Made by a program: the position numbers and the translations under genes. DNA of 58,353 nucleotides from Bacteriovoracaceae bacterium (GTDB taxonomy: Bacteria > Bdellovibrionota > Bacteriovoracia > Bacteriovoracales > Bacteriovoracaceae), in assembly GCA_018649885.1 (NCBI GenBank), contig JABIHA010000084.1, positions 124,001 to 182,353 on the forward strand, in the 5' to 3' direction. The notes beneath the pieces were generated by a model. It saw nothing but the letters and a program-made list of their open reading frames with translations. It was not told where the DNA came from and made no database searches. Position 1 is the first letter of the stretch. Every line of letters begins with the position of its first letter. This document shows, one piece after another, positions 26,854 to 36,862 of the stretch.

Positions 26854-28360
26854 TTGTCAGGTAGTGACCTAGAGATCTTACAATAAGTCCGGAAGCACCA
26901 TTATTTGGGCAATAAGGGAGATATCCTTGAGAGTCAGCAACTCCTGCGATATCTAAGTGCATCCAAGAGACACCCTCTTTAACGAACTCACCTAAAAAGG
27001 CTCCAGCTTTTTGGCAGCCAGCATTTCTTGAGCCCCCAATATTTTTTAAATCGGCAATTTCTGATTTCATATCCTTTATATAGATATCAAACAGTGGGAG
27101 ACCCACAACTAACTCTGATTTTTCCTTAGTACTTTTTAGGAAGTTATTCAGAAGTTTGTCATCATTGCCCATAGCTGCGCATACTTTACCACCGACAGCA
27201 ATAAGACATGCACCAGTAAGTGTGGCCGCATCGATAAGCTCATCGGGGTTGAAAGAACAGGCGTAATCAATAGTGTCAGCAAGAACGAGTCTGCCTTCAG
27301 CATCAGTATTTCCAATTTCCACTGTCTTTCCACTTCTCGATTTAATAACTGAGTCGGGTACAGTTGCATTGGCCGAAAGGGCATTATCTGTAATTCCTAG
27401 AAAGCAGGAAATTTTATAAGGGGACTCATGTTGAACAGCAGCTCTAAACGCAGCATACACAGTTGCACTTCCACCCATATCAGTTTTCATCCCTACCATG
27501 GCACCAGAAGGTTTAAGTGAAACACCACCTGTATCAAAGGTAACTCCCTTTCCTACAAGGGCAATGTGCTTAGTATTCTTTGTGGTCTTTTTAGGAGTGT
27601 AGCTTAGGTGGACTATTCTTGGCTCATAAGCAGAAGCTGCGTTTACAGAAAGTAAAAGCCCCATCTTTTCTTTTTTAATATCGGCCTTATTCAGTATTTT
27701 AATTTTTATCCCGTGGCCTTTAAGATTTGTCTTTACATCTTTTTCAACAAATTTAGCGTAACTTTCTGAATTTAAAATATTTGGTGGATCATTTATCAAA
27801 TTACGGCAAATATTCATAGCACTTGTTGTCATCTTTGATGACTCAACAGAGGCTTTGACTTTGGCACTTGTGGCCTTATTGTCACGGCCAAAAATAATTA
27901 CGTGCTTCAATTTTGGTTCGTGATCAAGTTTCTTGAATTTAGTATAAGTATAGTCAGTTAGGTAAAAAGCTTCTGACATAATCGCTGCAGTATCGGGAAG
28001 AGATCTTAGTGAGTTAAACGTATCAAGATCAAAAGCAACAGTGTGGTATACATCCTTTGCTTTCAATTTTGTATAAAGCTTTGAGCACTCCTGCCTTAGA
28101 TTCTCTTTTTTAAGTTTAGTTTTCTCGCCAAAGCCAATGGCCAGAACACCTTCACCAAGAAACTCAAAAAAACTAGTTTGCCCGGCCTTTCCCTCAAAAA
28201 ATTTTGAGTCAACTGTGCTAAGAAAACAATCCTTAATTTCTTTGGGCCAAGTGCTCAGCACTGGCTGTGTTTTACCGTTAGATTCCTTTGAAAAAGCTGC
28301 TAGGACCATTAGTTGGCTTTTTTCATATGTACTCTTTAGTGATTCCACTGTTATTTTCAT
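26840..28360 (-). CDS. pepA: M17 leucyl aminopeptidase
   Basis: VGKGVTFDTGG, MKTDMGG, NTDAEGRLVLAD, ATLTGA and HLDIAG. Confidence 0.95.
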   Translation of the reverse strand: MKITVESLKSTYEKSQLMVLAAFSKESNGKTQPVLSTWPKEIKDCFLSTVDSKFFEGKAGQTSFFEFLGEGVLAIGFGEKTKLKKENLRQECSKLYTKLKAKDVYHTVAFDLDTFNSLRSLPDTAAIMSEAFYLTDYTYTKFKKLDHEPKLKHVIIFGRDNKATSAKVKASVESSKMTTSAMNICRNLINDPPNILNSESYAKFVEKDVKTNLKGHGIKIKILNKADIKKEKMGLLLSVNAASAYEPRIVHLSYTPKKTTKNTKHIALVGKGVTFDTGGVSLKPSGAMVGMKTDMGGSATVYAAFRAAVQHESPYKISCFLGITDNALSANATVPDSVIKSRSGKTVEIGNTDAEGRLVLADTIDYACSFNPDELIDAATLTGACLIAVGGKVCAAMGNDDKLLNNFLKSTKEKSELVVGLPLFDIYIKDMKSEIADLKNIGGSRNAGCQKAGAFLGEFVKEGVSWMHLDIAGVADSQGYLPYCPNNGASGLIVRSLGHYLTNGKI

Positions 28361-28473
28361 GAGAATGTTCTCCTTTTGGGCTATGCGGAAAGAATAGATT
28401 TGTTGTGCGCAAAATTACCAAAGAAAAAGACGTTTGTCTAAAAACTTCCAGCGCAATATGTTTTAATAGGAAC

Positions 28474-29613
28474 ATGCGTTTATTAGTTCAGAGATATATC
28501 TCGGCAAATTTCATCATTCCCTTTTTAGTCAGCACTATTTTCTTTGTGAGCTTTCTTCTAACCTTTCAGCTATTTCGTGTGACACGTTTAGTTATTAACA
28601 AGGGTGTTTCATGGACTATGGTGATGGAGCTCATGGGCCACATTTCGATCTCTTTTCTTCCCATGGGAATACCGCTATCGGTCTTATTTGCTGCTATTTT
28701 TACATATAATAAAATGAGCTCTGATTCTGAAATTATGGCCATGCGCTCAGTTGGTCTTCCCAAATTCAAAATATATATGCCAGTTCTTATACCAGGGGTT
28801 TTTATTGCCATAGCGACATTTGCAATTAATCAAAGCATCATCCCATACTCGAAAGGGGAGTTTAAAAAAGCAGTTACAATATTAACTTCAAAAGGATTAT
28901 TGGCAGATATAAAGAAGGGCAATTTTTTCACAGATATTCCAGATGTGATCTTATTTGCTGAAGGAGTTACAGATAAAGGAAAATCCCTGGAAAATGTTTT
29001 TATTCATATTAAGGGAAAAAATGATTCTGAAAAAATTATTCAGGCCAAAAAGGGCCTAATACATAAAAAAAATGATACCAAGTGGGGGGGGAGCTCCTTA
29101 AAAATAACTCTTAAAGAGGGCAATATTATTCAGTATTATACTGAAGGCGCTAAGGTCGAAAAAATCCTCTTTAAAACCTACGATTTTCCACTTGTTCAAG
29201 AAGATCTTGTGGCCAATGTTGCCACAAGAGATAGTATGAGAACCTCCTCTCAACTTTATAAAATTATTAAGGGCGGGAGAAGGACATCTCCTCTTCCTAA
29301 TTGGGACACAGACTATCGAAAAGAATTTATAAAAACCAAATTAGAATTTTTTGGTCGTATAAATACACCTTTTCTCGTTTTAGTTTTTACTCTTATTGGA
29401 TTTGGACTTGGTGTACAAAGAAGTCGGGGACAAAAGCAAAATACAGGCTTTTACTGCTTGGTTATATTGGGCTCTTACTACTCGCTATTTTTTGTAGGTT
29501 TGACTATGGCCAGAAAAGAGCAACTGATGCCCTCTGTAGCGGTCTTCACTCCTACAATGATCGCATTGGTGGTGGGAATCTATTTTTACAAAAGATTAGA
29601 TTGGATAGGTTGA
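28474..29613 (+). CDS. lptF: LPS export permease (LptF/LptG family)
   Basis: 3 TM + periplasmic domain + 3 TM; MSSDSEIMAMRSVG motif; divergent from pepA. Confidence 0.85.
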   Translation: MRLLVQRYISANFIIPFLVSTIFFVSFLLTFQLFRVTRLVINKGVSWTMVMELMGHISISFLPMGIPLSVLFAAIFTYNKMSSDSEIMAMRSVGLPKFKIYMPVLIPGVFIAIATFAINQSIIPYSKGEFKKAVTILTSKGLLADIKKGNFFTDIPDVILFAEGVTDKGKSLENVFIHIKGKNDSEKIIQAKKGLIHKKNDTKWGGSSLKITLKEGNIIQYYTEGAKVEKILFKTYDFPLVQEDLVANVATRDSMRTSSQLYKIIKGGRRTSPLPNWDTDYRKEFIKTKLEFFGRINTPFLVLVFTLIGFGLGVQRSRGQKQNTGFYCLVILGSYYSLFFVGLTMARKEQLMPSVAVFTPTMIALVVGIYFYKRLDWIG

Positions 29614-29614
29614 G

Positions 29615-30778
29615 TTAATTATACTCATTTTGAAGAAGTTGGTATTCCCTGACGGTATAAATAGTTCCATCATCTTCTCTGATAAATAAGGGGATATGAT
29701 AATTATCTATTTCCTTGGGTGGAAAAACAAAGCTTTTCACGCTTCGGGGTGCTTCATATTGCACCTTGGTATTTTTATAAAATACTTTTGCAATATTACT
29801 ATTTCCCAAAAAGAGCAGAATCTTACTTTTTGCAGTGATTGATATCTTTCTTCCTTTTCGAAGATTAAAGGATTTTATGGGGAGGTCATCACTTTTGTAA
29901 GTTACCCACGTATCTCCCTTAAGAGCAGTGACAAAAACTGCTTCAGAGTTAGACTTAACAGCTTTTTGGTACTGGCTTGTGAGTAGTTTTTTGTCCTCTC
30001 CAGTTAGCTCCTTATCGTTAATGGTATAGAGCGGGCTTTTAAATTTTCTGATAAAGGTAGCTTTAGTAAAGCGGGCCTTATCTTTTTTGGTGGGAACAAT
30101 TTTTTTCACTGTCTCCACTTTCTTCACCGGAGCTTCTATCTTTTTCTTCGGAGCGGGCTTAATTTTGAGCCCCGGGACTACAGGGTCAGCTTTCGGGGCG
30201 ACGACCACTGGATCAGCTACTTTTTCTATTGCCCCCTTCGCCTGAATTTCAGCCTTAGTTTGTGCGGGCATCTCTTTTGAGATCTTTTCAAGACTTTTTT
30301 GAGTTTCTTTAAATTGGTTTCTAAGGAATATAAATCCTGAAATTAGAATGGCAAGTGTACTTGCTCCGATGACTATAGATCTGATAGGAAGTTGAACTTT
30401 CTCATGAACAACATTTTCAAGCTTATCAGGGTCTTTGCTGTTTTTAGTTTCGCTCATGACCGCATTGTCTATATATGGATCTTCCCCAGCAACAGGGTCA
30501 ACAAAACTCTCTGATACGTCTTTTCCTTCAAATTGATCGTATGTGTATTCTAAGAGCTTCATAGTGTAGTTAGAATCAAGACCCACTTCTTTTGCATAAG
30601 ATTTTATAAAACCTCTTATATAGGTTTTATTGGGCAACTTAGAGATATTACCAGTTTCTAAATCCCTCAATACATTAATATTGATGCAAGTTCGTTGAGC
30701 AATATCTTTGAGGGAAAAGCCATGGGCCTTTCTTGCTTGTTTTAAATATTCACCAATCGCTGGGTGGTCATTTGTCAT
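29615..30778 (-). CDS. rodZ: RodZ-like HTH membrane protein
   Basis: IGEYLKQAR...YIRGFIKSYAKEVGLD HTH, one TM, and a C-terminal DUF4115-like region (LFLGNS). Confidence 0.8.
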   Translation of the reverse strand: MTNDHPAIGEYLKQARKAHGFSLKDIAQRTCININVLRDLETGNISKLPNKTYIRGFIKSYAKEVGLDSNYTMKLLEYTYDQFEGKDVSESFVDPVAGEDPYIDNAVMSETKNSKDPDKLENVVHEKVQLPIRSIVIGASTLAILISGFIFLRNQFKETQKSLEKISKEMPAQTKAEIQAKGAIEKVADPVVVAPKADPVVPGLKIKPAPKKKIEAPVKKVETVKKIVPTKKDKARFTKATFIRKFKSPLYTINDKELTGEDKKLLTSQYQKAVKSNSEAVFVTALKGDTWVTYKSDDLPIKSFNLRKGRKISITAKSKILLFLGNSNIAKVFYKNTKVQYEAPRSVKSFVFPPKEIDNYHIPLFIREDDGTIYTVREYQLLQNEYN

Positions 30779-30789
30779 AGAACTCTTCT

Positions 30790-31632
30790 TTAAAACATGG
30801 GAGTACTAAGAGTTTTATCTTTGTTATTAAATTTTTTGTAACTAGATATCTCTTCTTTTTCTTCTTTTTCTTTTTTCTCAAGTAACATATTTATCTGGTG
30901 ACTAGCGAGTGAAAAGTAGTTACTACCAGGAAATTGATCTTGAATTGTTTTGAAAACTTTCATGGCCTCATCGTATTTTCCGACTTTAGTCAGTGTCAGA
31001 GCACGGTAGTAATATGGGGCAGGTTCTTTATAGCAGGTTCCAAGGTGTGCGGCTTTGAAATTCTCCAGTGCTTTCATAAATTTTTTATTAGAGTAGTGGA
31101 TTTTCCCAAGCTGAAAAAGTGAGGGGCAGTAATCCTTTTTTTCTTCTGCAGATTTAGCAAAATATTCCCCCGCCGCTAGGCGATCACCTTTTTTCAATGA
31201 GATAATCCCTAAATTGTAGTAAGTCCTAAATTGTTTTTCATAGACTAAATTTTTCAAAACTTGTTTATAAAGTGCTTCTGCTTTACCCAGTTCACCATTT
31301 TCCAGGTAGAGAGAGGCAAGGTTGACCTTGGGATCAGAGCTATTTGGACTTAACTCACTCGCCTTTTCAAAGTATCTAATGGCAATCCCTTTCTTCCCCC
31401 TGAAGTAATAGGCCATTCCCAGATTTGTTAGAATATTGCTATTTTCAGGGTCTAATTTATTGGCCTCTAAAAGAGAGCTGAGGGCTAATTTGTAATCTTT
31501 TTCGATTAGCGCCACAGTTCCTTTGGAAAAGAAGATCTGGGCCTTTTTTTGCTGAGTGGTAAGCTGTTTTTTACTACTTGAGCAACCGTAGAACATAAAA
31601 AGTGTCATGGTAGCGAGAATGAAGGTCTTCAT
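30790..31632 (-). CDS. TPR lipoprotein, PilF/Tgl-like pilotin
   Basis: Lipobox FYGC, multiple TPRs, upstream of rodZ. Confidence 0.75.
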   Translation of the reverse strand: MKTFILATMTLFMFYGCSSSKKQLTTQQKKAQIFFSKGTVALIEKDYKLALSSLLEANKLDPENSNILTNLGMAYYFRGKKGIAIRYFEKASELSPNSSDPKVNLASLYLENGELGKAEALYKQVLKNLVYEKQFRTYYNLGIISLKKGDRLAAGEYFAKSAEEKKDYCPSLFQLGKIHYSNKKFMKALENFKAAHLGTCYKEPAPYYYRALTLTKVGKYDEAMKVFKTIQDQFPGSNYFSLASHQINMLLEKKEKEEKEEISSYKKFNNKDKTLSTPMF

Positions 31633-31718
31633 AGGTCCTCCCATTTAAAATATTGTTCAAGACAAACTTTACAATCTTTGGAGTCAACTAATAAAGGAAA
31701 AAGTGCATTAATGGGAGA

Positions 31719-32855
31719 TTAATACTGCTCATAAGCTTTTAAAATCACAAATGTTTCAAAGTGATGAGTTGCGGGGAAAAAATCGAAGAGGGAAATCGAC
31801 TCAATTTGGTAGAAATCCATCAAATTTTCTAAATCTCGGGCGAGTGTCGAGGGATTACAGCTAATATAATAAATCATCTGTGGGGCGATTGATTCCACTA
31901 AAAGAGAAAATTCTTTAAAACCACTTCGCGGTGGGTCTACGATCATGAGTTCGGGTTTGTTTTCTATTTTTTGGGCAAGTGTGCCTAGCATTCCCTTTTT
32001 AAATAGATTCATGACAATTGGAATCTGGTGCGTGCTCAAACTTTCTTTTTTTATAAAGCTATCGACCACATAGCATTTTGAGTTAGCTAGATTTTTGGTT
32101 AGATTCCCACTTCCTCCGAACAGATCAATAATTTGGACTGGATCATTTTCTTTGAAGTGAGTGCGAAAACTAAGACCAAGAAAATCTAAAAGAACACGAT
32201 TTGCTCTTTGATTAACTTGAGTAAAGCCACCGCTTGAATATTGCTTATCAAAATGAATGGTAACTTTGTTATCTGGAGTAAGTAAGATTTCAACATGACC
32301 CTCTTTCTTCCTGGCCTTTTTTAAAAACTCACCAACACCTGCTGTGTTGTAGATTTGTTCCACACGATTTTGGATTAGCTTGTCAGCTAATTTGCATTCA
32401 GGAGTGGGAATGTTTTTTTTCAGGCTTGTTGAGTACTGTCCAAGAAGAGATTCATTTTTTTGATAATGCAGTTGAATTCTATTGCGGTAGTTAAATCTTT
32501 CCACGTCAGGAAAAACTTGAATGATCTTATCAAATTCATCATCACTGACAAGCTTTCGCATGTGGTTTTTAAGGGCCTTTTTTTTGAAACTGATTTCATC
32601 TTCATAACTATAGTGAAGATAGTGACATCCAGTGCATTGGTCATAATGTGGGCAGGCTGATTCAACTCTATCTGGCGATTTGACATCTATTTCCACTGCC
32701 TGAGCAATTAGATACGATTTTTTCTCTTTAATGACTCTGGCACTTCCTTGCTCTCCAATTAAAGTCTTAGGTATAAAGGCGGTTTTTCCACCAATTTTTG
32801 AGATACCTTGACCAAATACATCAATATCTTGAATTTCAAATCTAATCAGTTCCAA
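31719..32855 (-). CDS. RlmD/TrmA-family RNA uracil-C5 methyltransferase
   Basis: TRAM domain, CPHYDQCTGC, FTQVN, DPPRSG, YISCNPSTLARD and DFFPATHHFE; start uncertain. Confidence 0.9.
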   Translation of the reverse strand: MELIRFEIQDIDVFGQGISKIGGKTAFIPKTLIGEQGSARVIKEKKSYLIAQAVEIDVKSPDRVESACPHYDQCTGCHYLHYSYEDEISFKKKALKNHMRKLVSDDEFDKIIQVFPDVERFNYRNRIQLHYQKNESLLGQYSTSLKKNIPTPECKLADKLIQNRVEQIYNTAGVGEFLKKARKKEGHVEILLTPDNKVTIHFDKQYSSGGFTQVNQRANRVLLDFLGLSFRTHFKENDPVQIIDLFGGSGNLTKNLANSKCYVVDSFIKKESLSTHQIPIVMNLFKKGMLGTLAQKIENKPELMIVDPPRSGFKEFSLLVESIAPQMIYYISCNPSTLARDLENLMDFYQIESISLFDFFPATHHFETFVILKAYEQY

Positions 32856-32893
32856 AAAACATTCCTTTTCCGAGCATTTATATATGGAAAATA

Positions 32894-34684
32894 GTGTCAA
32901 GTGTAAACAAAGATCTCTTTCAAGGTCATAATATTACAATGGGCCATTTGTTGCAGAGGATTCCCTTTTTACTAGAGTTATTTTTTAATGGCGGGTTCAT
33001 ATTATTTTACTCCCTCCATGACGCTGGGAAACTTCCAATCAGCTGGTCCTTCAATGTGACAAGTGCAGTACTCAATTATCTGGCTTGGTCCATACCTCCA
33101 GTCATATTAATAGTTTTGGTAACGAACTACTTAGTAGCAAAAAGCTTTGAAGACTATATAAGAAAACACATTTTTTCCATTGTCATAATAGTACCGCTTG
33201 TCATTGTCTGGGGAGATTTGGAGTTCACATTTTGGCTAGCTAGTGTTCATTTACTATCGAGTGTCTTGGCCCTTTACGATCCCTCAGTTGATTCGGTGGC
33301 CCATCAGAGTGATGAGGTGGATCCTACATCATTCTCACTTACAAAAACAAAGCTAAAACCAGCCCAGTTAGTACTTTTGACATTTTTCGCGCTTATTTTT
33401 TCAGGGTCATTTCTTTTGATGTTACCTATTTCTTCTACAACAGGAACGGTGCTTTCTTTTGTTGATGCAATTTTTATGGCGACCTCAGCAACTTGTGTAA
33501 CAGGTTTATCAACAGTATCTATCAATCAGCAATTTAGTCTATTTGGGCAGCTGGTAATTCTGATATTAATTCAGATTGGTGGGCTTGGAATTATGACACT
33601 TTCATCTTCGATGACAATCCTCCTTGGAAAATCTATGGCGATGAAAGAAAGAGTCGTTATGCAAGACCTTCTTGATGTTTCTAGTCTAGAGGACTTGATA
33701 GATATGATTATTGATATTATCAAATACACACTCTTTTTTGAGCTTTGGGGTGGAATTGTCTTAACAATTGCCTTCACCTTTGAAGGGTTTGAGTTTGGTA
33801 AAGCTGTTTACTTTGGATTTTTTCATTCGATTTCAGCATTTTGTAATGCAGGTTTTGCATTATTTGATAACTCTCTAGAAAGCTTTTCTTCAAACCCATT
33901 AATTCACGGAACTATAGGCATATTGCTGACAGTTGGTGGGCTTGGTTTTATTGTACTAAAAGAGCTTCGAACATTTCTAGGGAAACCTCAATTCTGGTCA
34001 CGCTTAGGACTCCACTCAAAAATTGTATTGGTTTCAACAGGCCTCTTAACTGCCTCAGGTGCTATTATAATTTTCTTTGGAGAGTATCTACATGCGCTAG
34101 AAGGGATGGGACTTTGGCATCAAATTCAAATCTCTGTCTTTCAATCAATGACACTTAGAACTGCTGGTTTTAATACAATAGCCTTAACTGACCTCCACAC
34201 CCATACGCTGTATCTTATGACACTTTATATGTTTGTGGGTGCAAGTCCTGGTTCAACTGGTGGCGGAATTAAAACTACAACTTTAGCTATTTTGATTCAA
34301 TCGATAAAATCTACGCTCCTAGGTAGAGAGAGGGTTGAGTTCTTTGATCGTAGAATATCAAATGTTATGGTTGTGAGGGCAACAGCACTTACGATTATTT
34401 CCATTATCATGGCCAGCTTTTTCATTTTTATTTTGATGAAAACTGAAACCAACAATAATTCTCAATCATTTCTAACCATATTCTTTGAAGTTATTTCAGC
34501 TTCAGGGACCGTTGGATTATCGCTTGGGCTAACACCCTACCTTTCTGTTTTAGGTAAATTCGCCATTGCTCTTTTGATGTTCATAGGCCGTGTTGGTCCT
34601 CTGACATTAGTTCTCGCCATTGGACAGCAACAAAACGAACGTGGGAACCTGTCTTATCCTGAAGGAAGGATAATGATTGGGTAG
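32894..34684 (+). CDS. trkH: TrkH/KtrB potassium uptake membrane subunit with extra N-terminal TM region
   Basis: SATCVTGL, SAFCNAGF, RTAGFN, GSTGGGIKTTT, GTVGLS and GRVGPLT. Confidence 0.93.
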   Translation: MSSVNKDLFQGHNITMGHLLQRIPFLLELFFNGGFILFYSLHDAGKLPISWSFNVTSAVLNYLAWSIPPVILIVLVTNYLVAKSFEDYIRKHIFSIVIIVPLVIVWGDLEFTFWLASVHLLSSVLALYDPSVDSVAHQSDEVDPTSFSLTKTKLKPAQLVLLTFFALIFSGSFLLMLPISSTTGTVLSFVDAIFMATSATCVTGLSTVSINQQFSLFGQLVILILIQIGGLGIMTLSSSMTILLGKSMAMKERVVMQDLLDVSSLEDLIDMIIDIIKYTLFFELWGGIVLTIAFTFEGFEFGKAVYFGFFHSISAFCNAGFALFDNSLESFSSNPLIHGTIGILLTVGGLGFIVLKELRTFLGKPQFWSRLGLHSKIVLVSTGLLTASGAIIIFFGEYLHALEGMGLWHQIQISVFQSMTLRTAGFNTIALTDLHTHTLYLMTLYMFVGASPGSTGGGIKTTTLAILIQSIKSTLLGRERVEFFDRRISNVMVVRATALTIISIIMASFFIFILMKTETNNNSQSFLTIFFEVISASGTVGLSLGLTPYLSVLGKFAIALLMFIGRVGPLTLVLAIGQQQNERGNLSYPEGRIMIG

Positions 34685-34823
34685 TCAAAATCCAAGATGT
34701 ACCAGATTAAATTAATCAACCACCCCCATGGAATGGCCCCCCTGGAGAGGGCATATTATTTCAGGTATTTTAGGTACTTAATGCGATGTAAAATATAGTA
34801 TACCGTTTAAGGAGTCATATTAT

Positions 34824-35519
34824 ATGATTGTTGCCGTCATAGGGCTTGGTACATTTGGAGCTAAAACAGCTATCAGGTTGCACGAGAAAGGTGCAGAAGT
34901 TATTGCTATTGATAACAACCCAGACCTTGTTGAAAAACTTAAAGACAGAGTGACACATGCAGTATGCCTTGATGTTACAGATGAAAGGTCCCTTCGTTCC
35001 ATAAATATTTCTGATGTTGATACCGCCATGGTTGCCATGGGAGATAATATTCAAATGAGTATTATGGCAGTGGCGATGCTTCGAAAGCTGGGAGTTGGGA
35101 GAGTTATTGCAAGGGCAACAAGTCTTCTACACGAGCACGTGCTCGGTGAAATCGGAGCCAGTGAAATTATAAAAGTTGAAGAAGAGATGGGTGAGATAAT
35201 AGCTTCAAAAATTATTGCTCCTCACGTTTTACAACGGTATAACTTTGCAGCTGGCTATTCAATCGTTGAATTGAAGCTCGGTAAGAAATTCGAAGGTAAA
35301 ACATTAGTCGAAAGCCAAATTAGACAAAATTATAATTTAAATATTGTGGCACTCCAAAAAAGAGTTCCCTATATTTCTGAAGATGGTAAGTCTTCTTACC
35401 GGATTGAAATAAATGACAGCCCACTACCAATGGATGTGATTGAGTCAGATGATATCGTGGTTCTAGTGGGCAGTGAGAAAAATTTTAATAGGCTATTTTC
35501 TGAATTGGCCGAAGTTTAA
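34824..35519 (+). CDS. trkA: TrkA/KtrA RCK regulatory subunit
   Basis: VIGLGTFG Rossmann motif plus a TrkA-C domain. Confidence 0.93.
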   Translation: MIVAVIGLGTFGAKTAIRLHEKGAEVIAIDNNPDLVEKLKDRVTHAVCLDVTDERSLRSINISDVDTAMVAMGDNIQMSIMAVAMLRKLGVGRVIARATSLLHEHVLGEIGASEIIKVEEEMGEIIASKIIAPHVLQRYNFAAGYSIVELKLGKKFEGKTLVESQIRQNYNLNIVALQKRVPYISEDGKSSYRIEINDSPLPMDVIESDDIVVLVGSEKNFNRLFSELAEV

Positions 35520-35533
35520 AAGGAAATAATTAG

Positions 35534-36709
35534 TTGAATCTATCCCTCCGAAACAGAGTTGCATCAAGCTTTATTATCGCAAATCTTGTGGTTCTGGTTC
35601 TCGGTTTTACTGTATTTTACTTTCTCGATTCATTTAAAATGCAAATTAATGATATCACTCAAAAATCCAATAAAGTAAGTGTTCTAACCGATGAAATATC
35701 TATTTCAACTCAGCATATTTTTAAACTAGAAAGAAGTATTTTAAAAAAGAGTATTCTAACAGGATCTCCTGATGCTGAAATTGTTGAAAAGTTAATAAGT
35801 AGGTGTGAGAATTTAACCTCACAACTTCAACAACTTGAATCATATTATCAAGATGTTGAAGTTAAAAAAATTATTGCCAAAATGCTGGGCTATATTGAAT
35901 CGTTGCAGTTAATTTTGAGCAAAGCTTCACTCTTTGATAGGGATTCATCAAGCCTTTCAAGTATCGTTGACTTAATTGATAAAATTCAAGGCTCCTTCAT
36001 GGAGTTTCAAGATATCTACCATCTTCAAAATGAAGAACGCGAAGACCAGTTTAAACAAATATACAAGCAAACAAAAAAGAATATGATGTACACCTTGATC
36101 ATCACATTCATTGGCACAATCCTACTGGGTCTTGTGGTGCCAGGAAAGATTGCTCTTCCTTTTAAGAAGATCAAAGATGCAATTAGGGAGCTGCAAGATT
36201 GTAATTTTGATGTCTCTATATTTTACAATCAAGATGACGAAATCGGCGAAATCGCAAGCGAGATGAATAAAATGATTTTGAGCTTCAAAAAGTTCGAGGA
36301 ACTTCGTACAGATAGGATTTCCCTTGAAAAACGAAAATTTGATGCACTTGCTAATATGTCCAGAATGAAAATTTTGGTCGCCAATGCCAATGGTGAGCTG
36401 ATCTATATGAATAATCACCTGTACTCACTTTTAAAATTGCAAAGTGATGATGTCATTTTAAAGAATATCTCTGACACACTCGTACCTGATTCCATCAAAG
36501 AGGCCTATGAAGTGGCGATTAAGAGAAGATCAAAAATTGAAAATGCCGAAATTAAGGTCCCTCATAAAAAGGTAGATGGCGAAGAGGAAGAAGGCGGAGA
36601 GGCCATAGAAAATGATTTTGAAGGTTACGCAAATGTCATTCCTGTCAGAGGAAAAGACAGCTCACTTGACTACTATTTGATGGTCATTTCAGATACAGTT
36701 TTTGCATAG
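35534..36709 (+). CDS. Membrane sensor-like protein (TM, four-helix sensor, TM, HAMP, PAS-like) with no output domain
   Basis: Two TMs, HAMP (PFKKIKDAIREL...DEIGEIASEMNKM) and a PAS-like tail; no His-kinase boxes. Confidence 0.75.
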   Translation: MNLSLRNRVASSFIIANLVVLVLGFTVFYFLDSFKMQINDITQKSNKVSVLTDEISISTQHIFKLERSILKKSILTGSPDAEIVEKLISRCENLTSQLQQLESYYQDVEVKKIIAKMLGYIESLQLILSKASLFDRDSSSLSSIVDLIDKIQGSFMEFQDIYHLQNEEREDQFKQIYKQTKKNMMYTLIITFIGTILLGLVVPGKIALPFKKIKDAIRELQDCNFDVSIFYNQDDEIGEIASEMNKMILSFKKFEELRTDRISLEKRKFDALANMSRMKILVANANGELIYMNNHLYSLLKLQSDDVILKNISDTLVPDSIKEAYEVAIKRRSKIENAEIKVPHKKVDGEEEEGGEAIENDFEGYANVIPVRGKDSSLDYYLMVISDTVFA

Positions 36710-36862
36710 GGACAATACCAACTACAAAAATTAATTACAGGATCTTGGATGCCAGTTTCACCAATCTCCAGTAATTAATTATTGCAATTGGTATAAGATT
36801 CGCTGCTAAGCTTCCGAAGTACTTGTTTTCGGACAGCTTGTGCTATGTTATTTTTCAAAGCT

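Noticed and set aside
34685..34823. c-di-AMP (ydaO) riboswitch upstream of trkA
   Set aside because: Only two small GC-rich stems; I could not find the conserved ydaO motifs.
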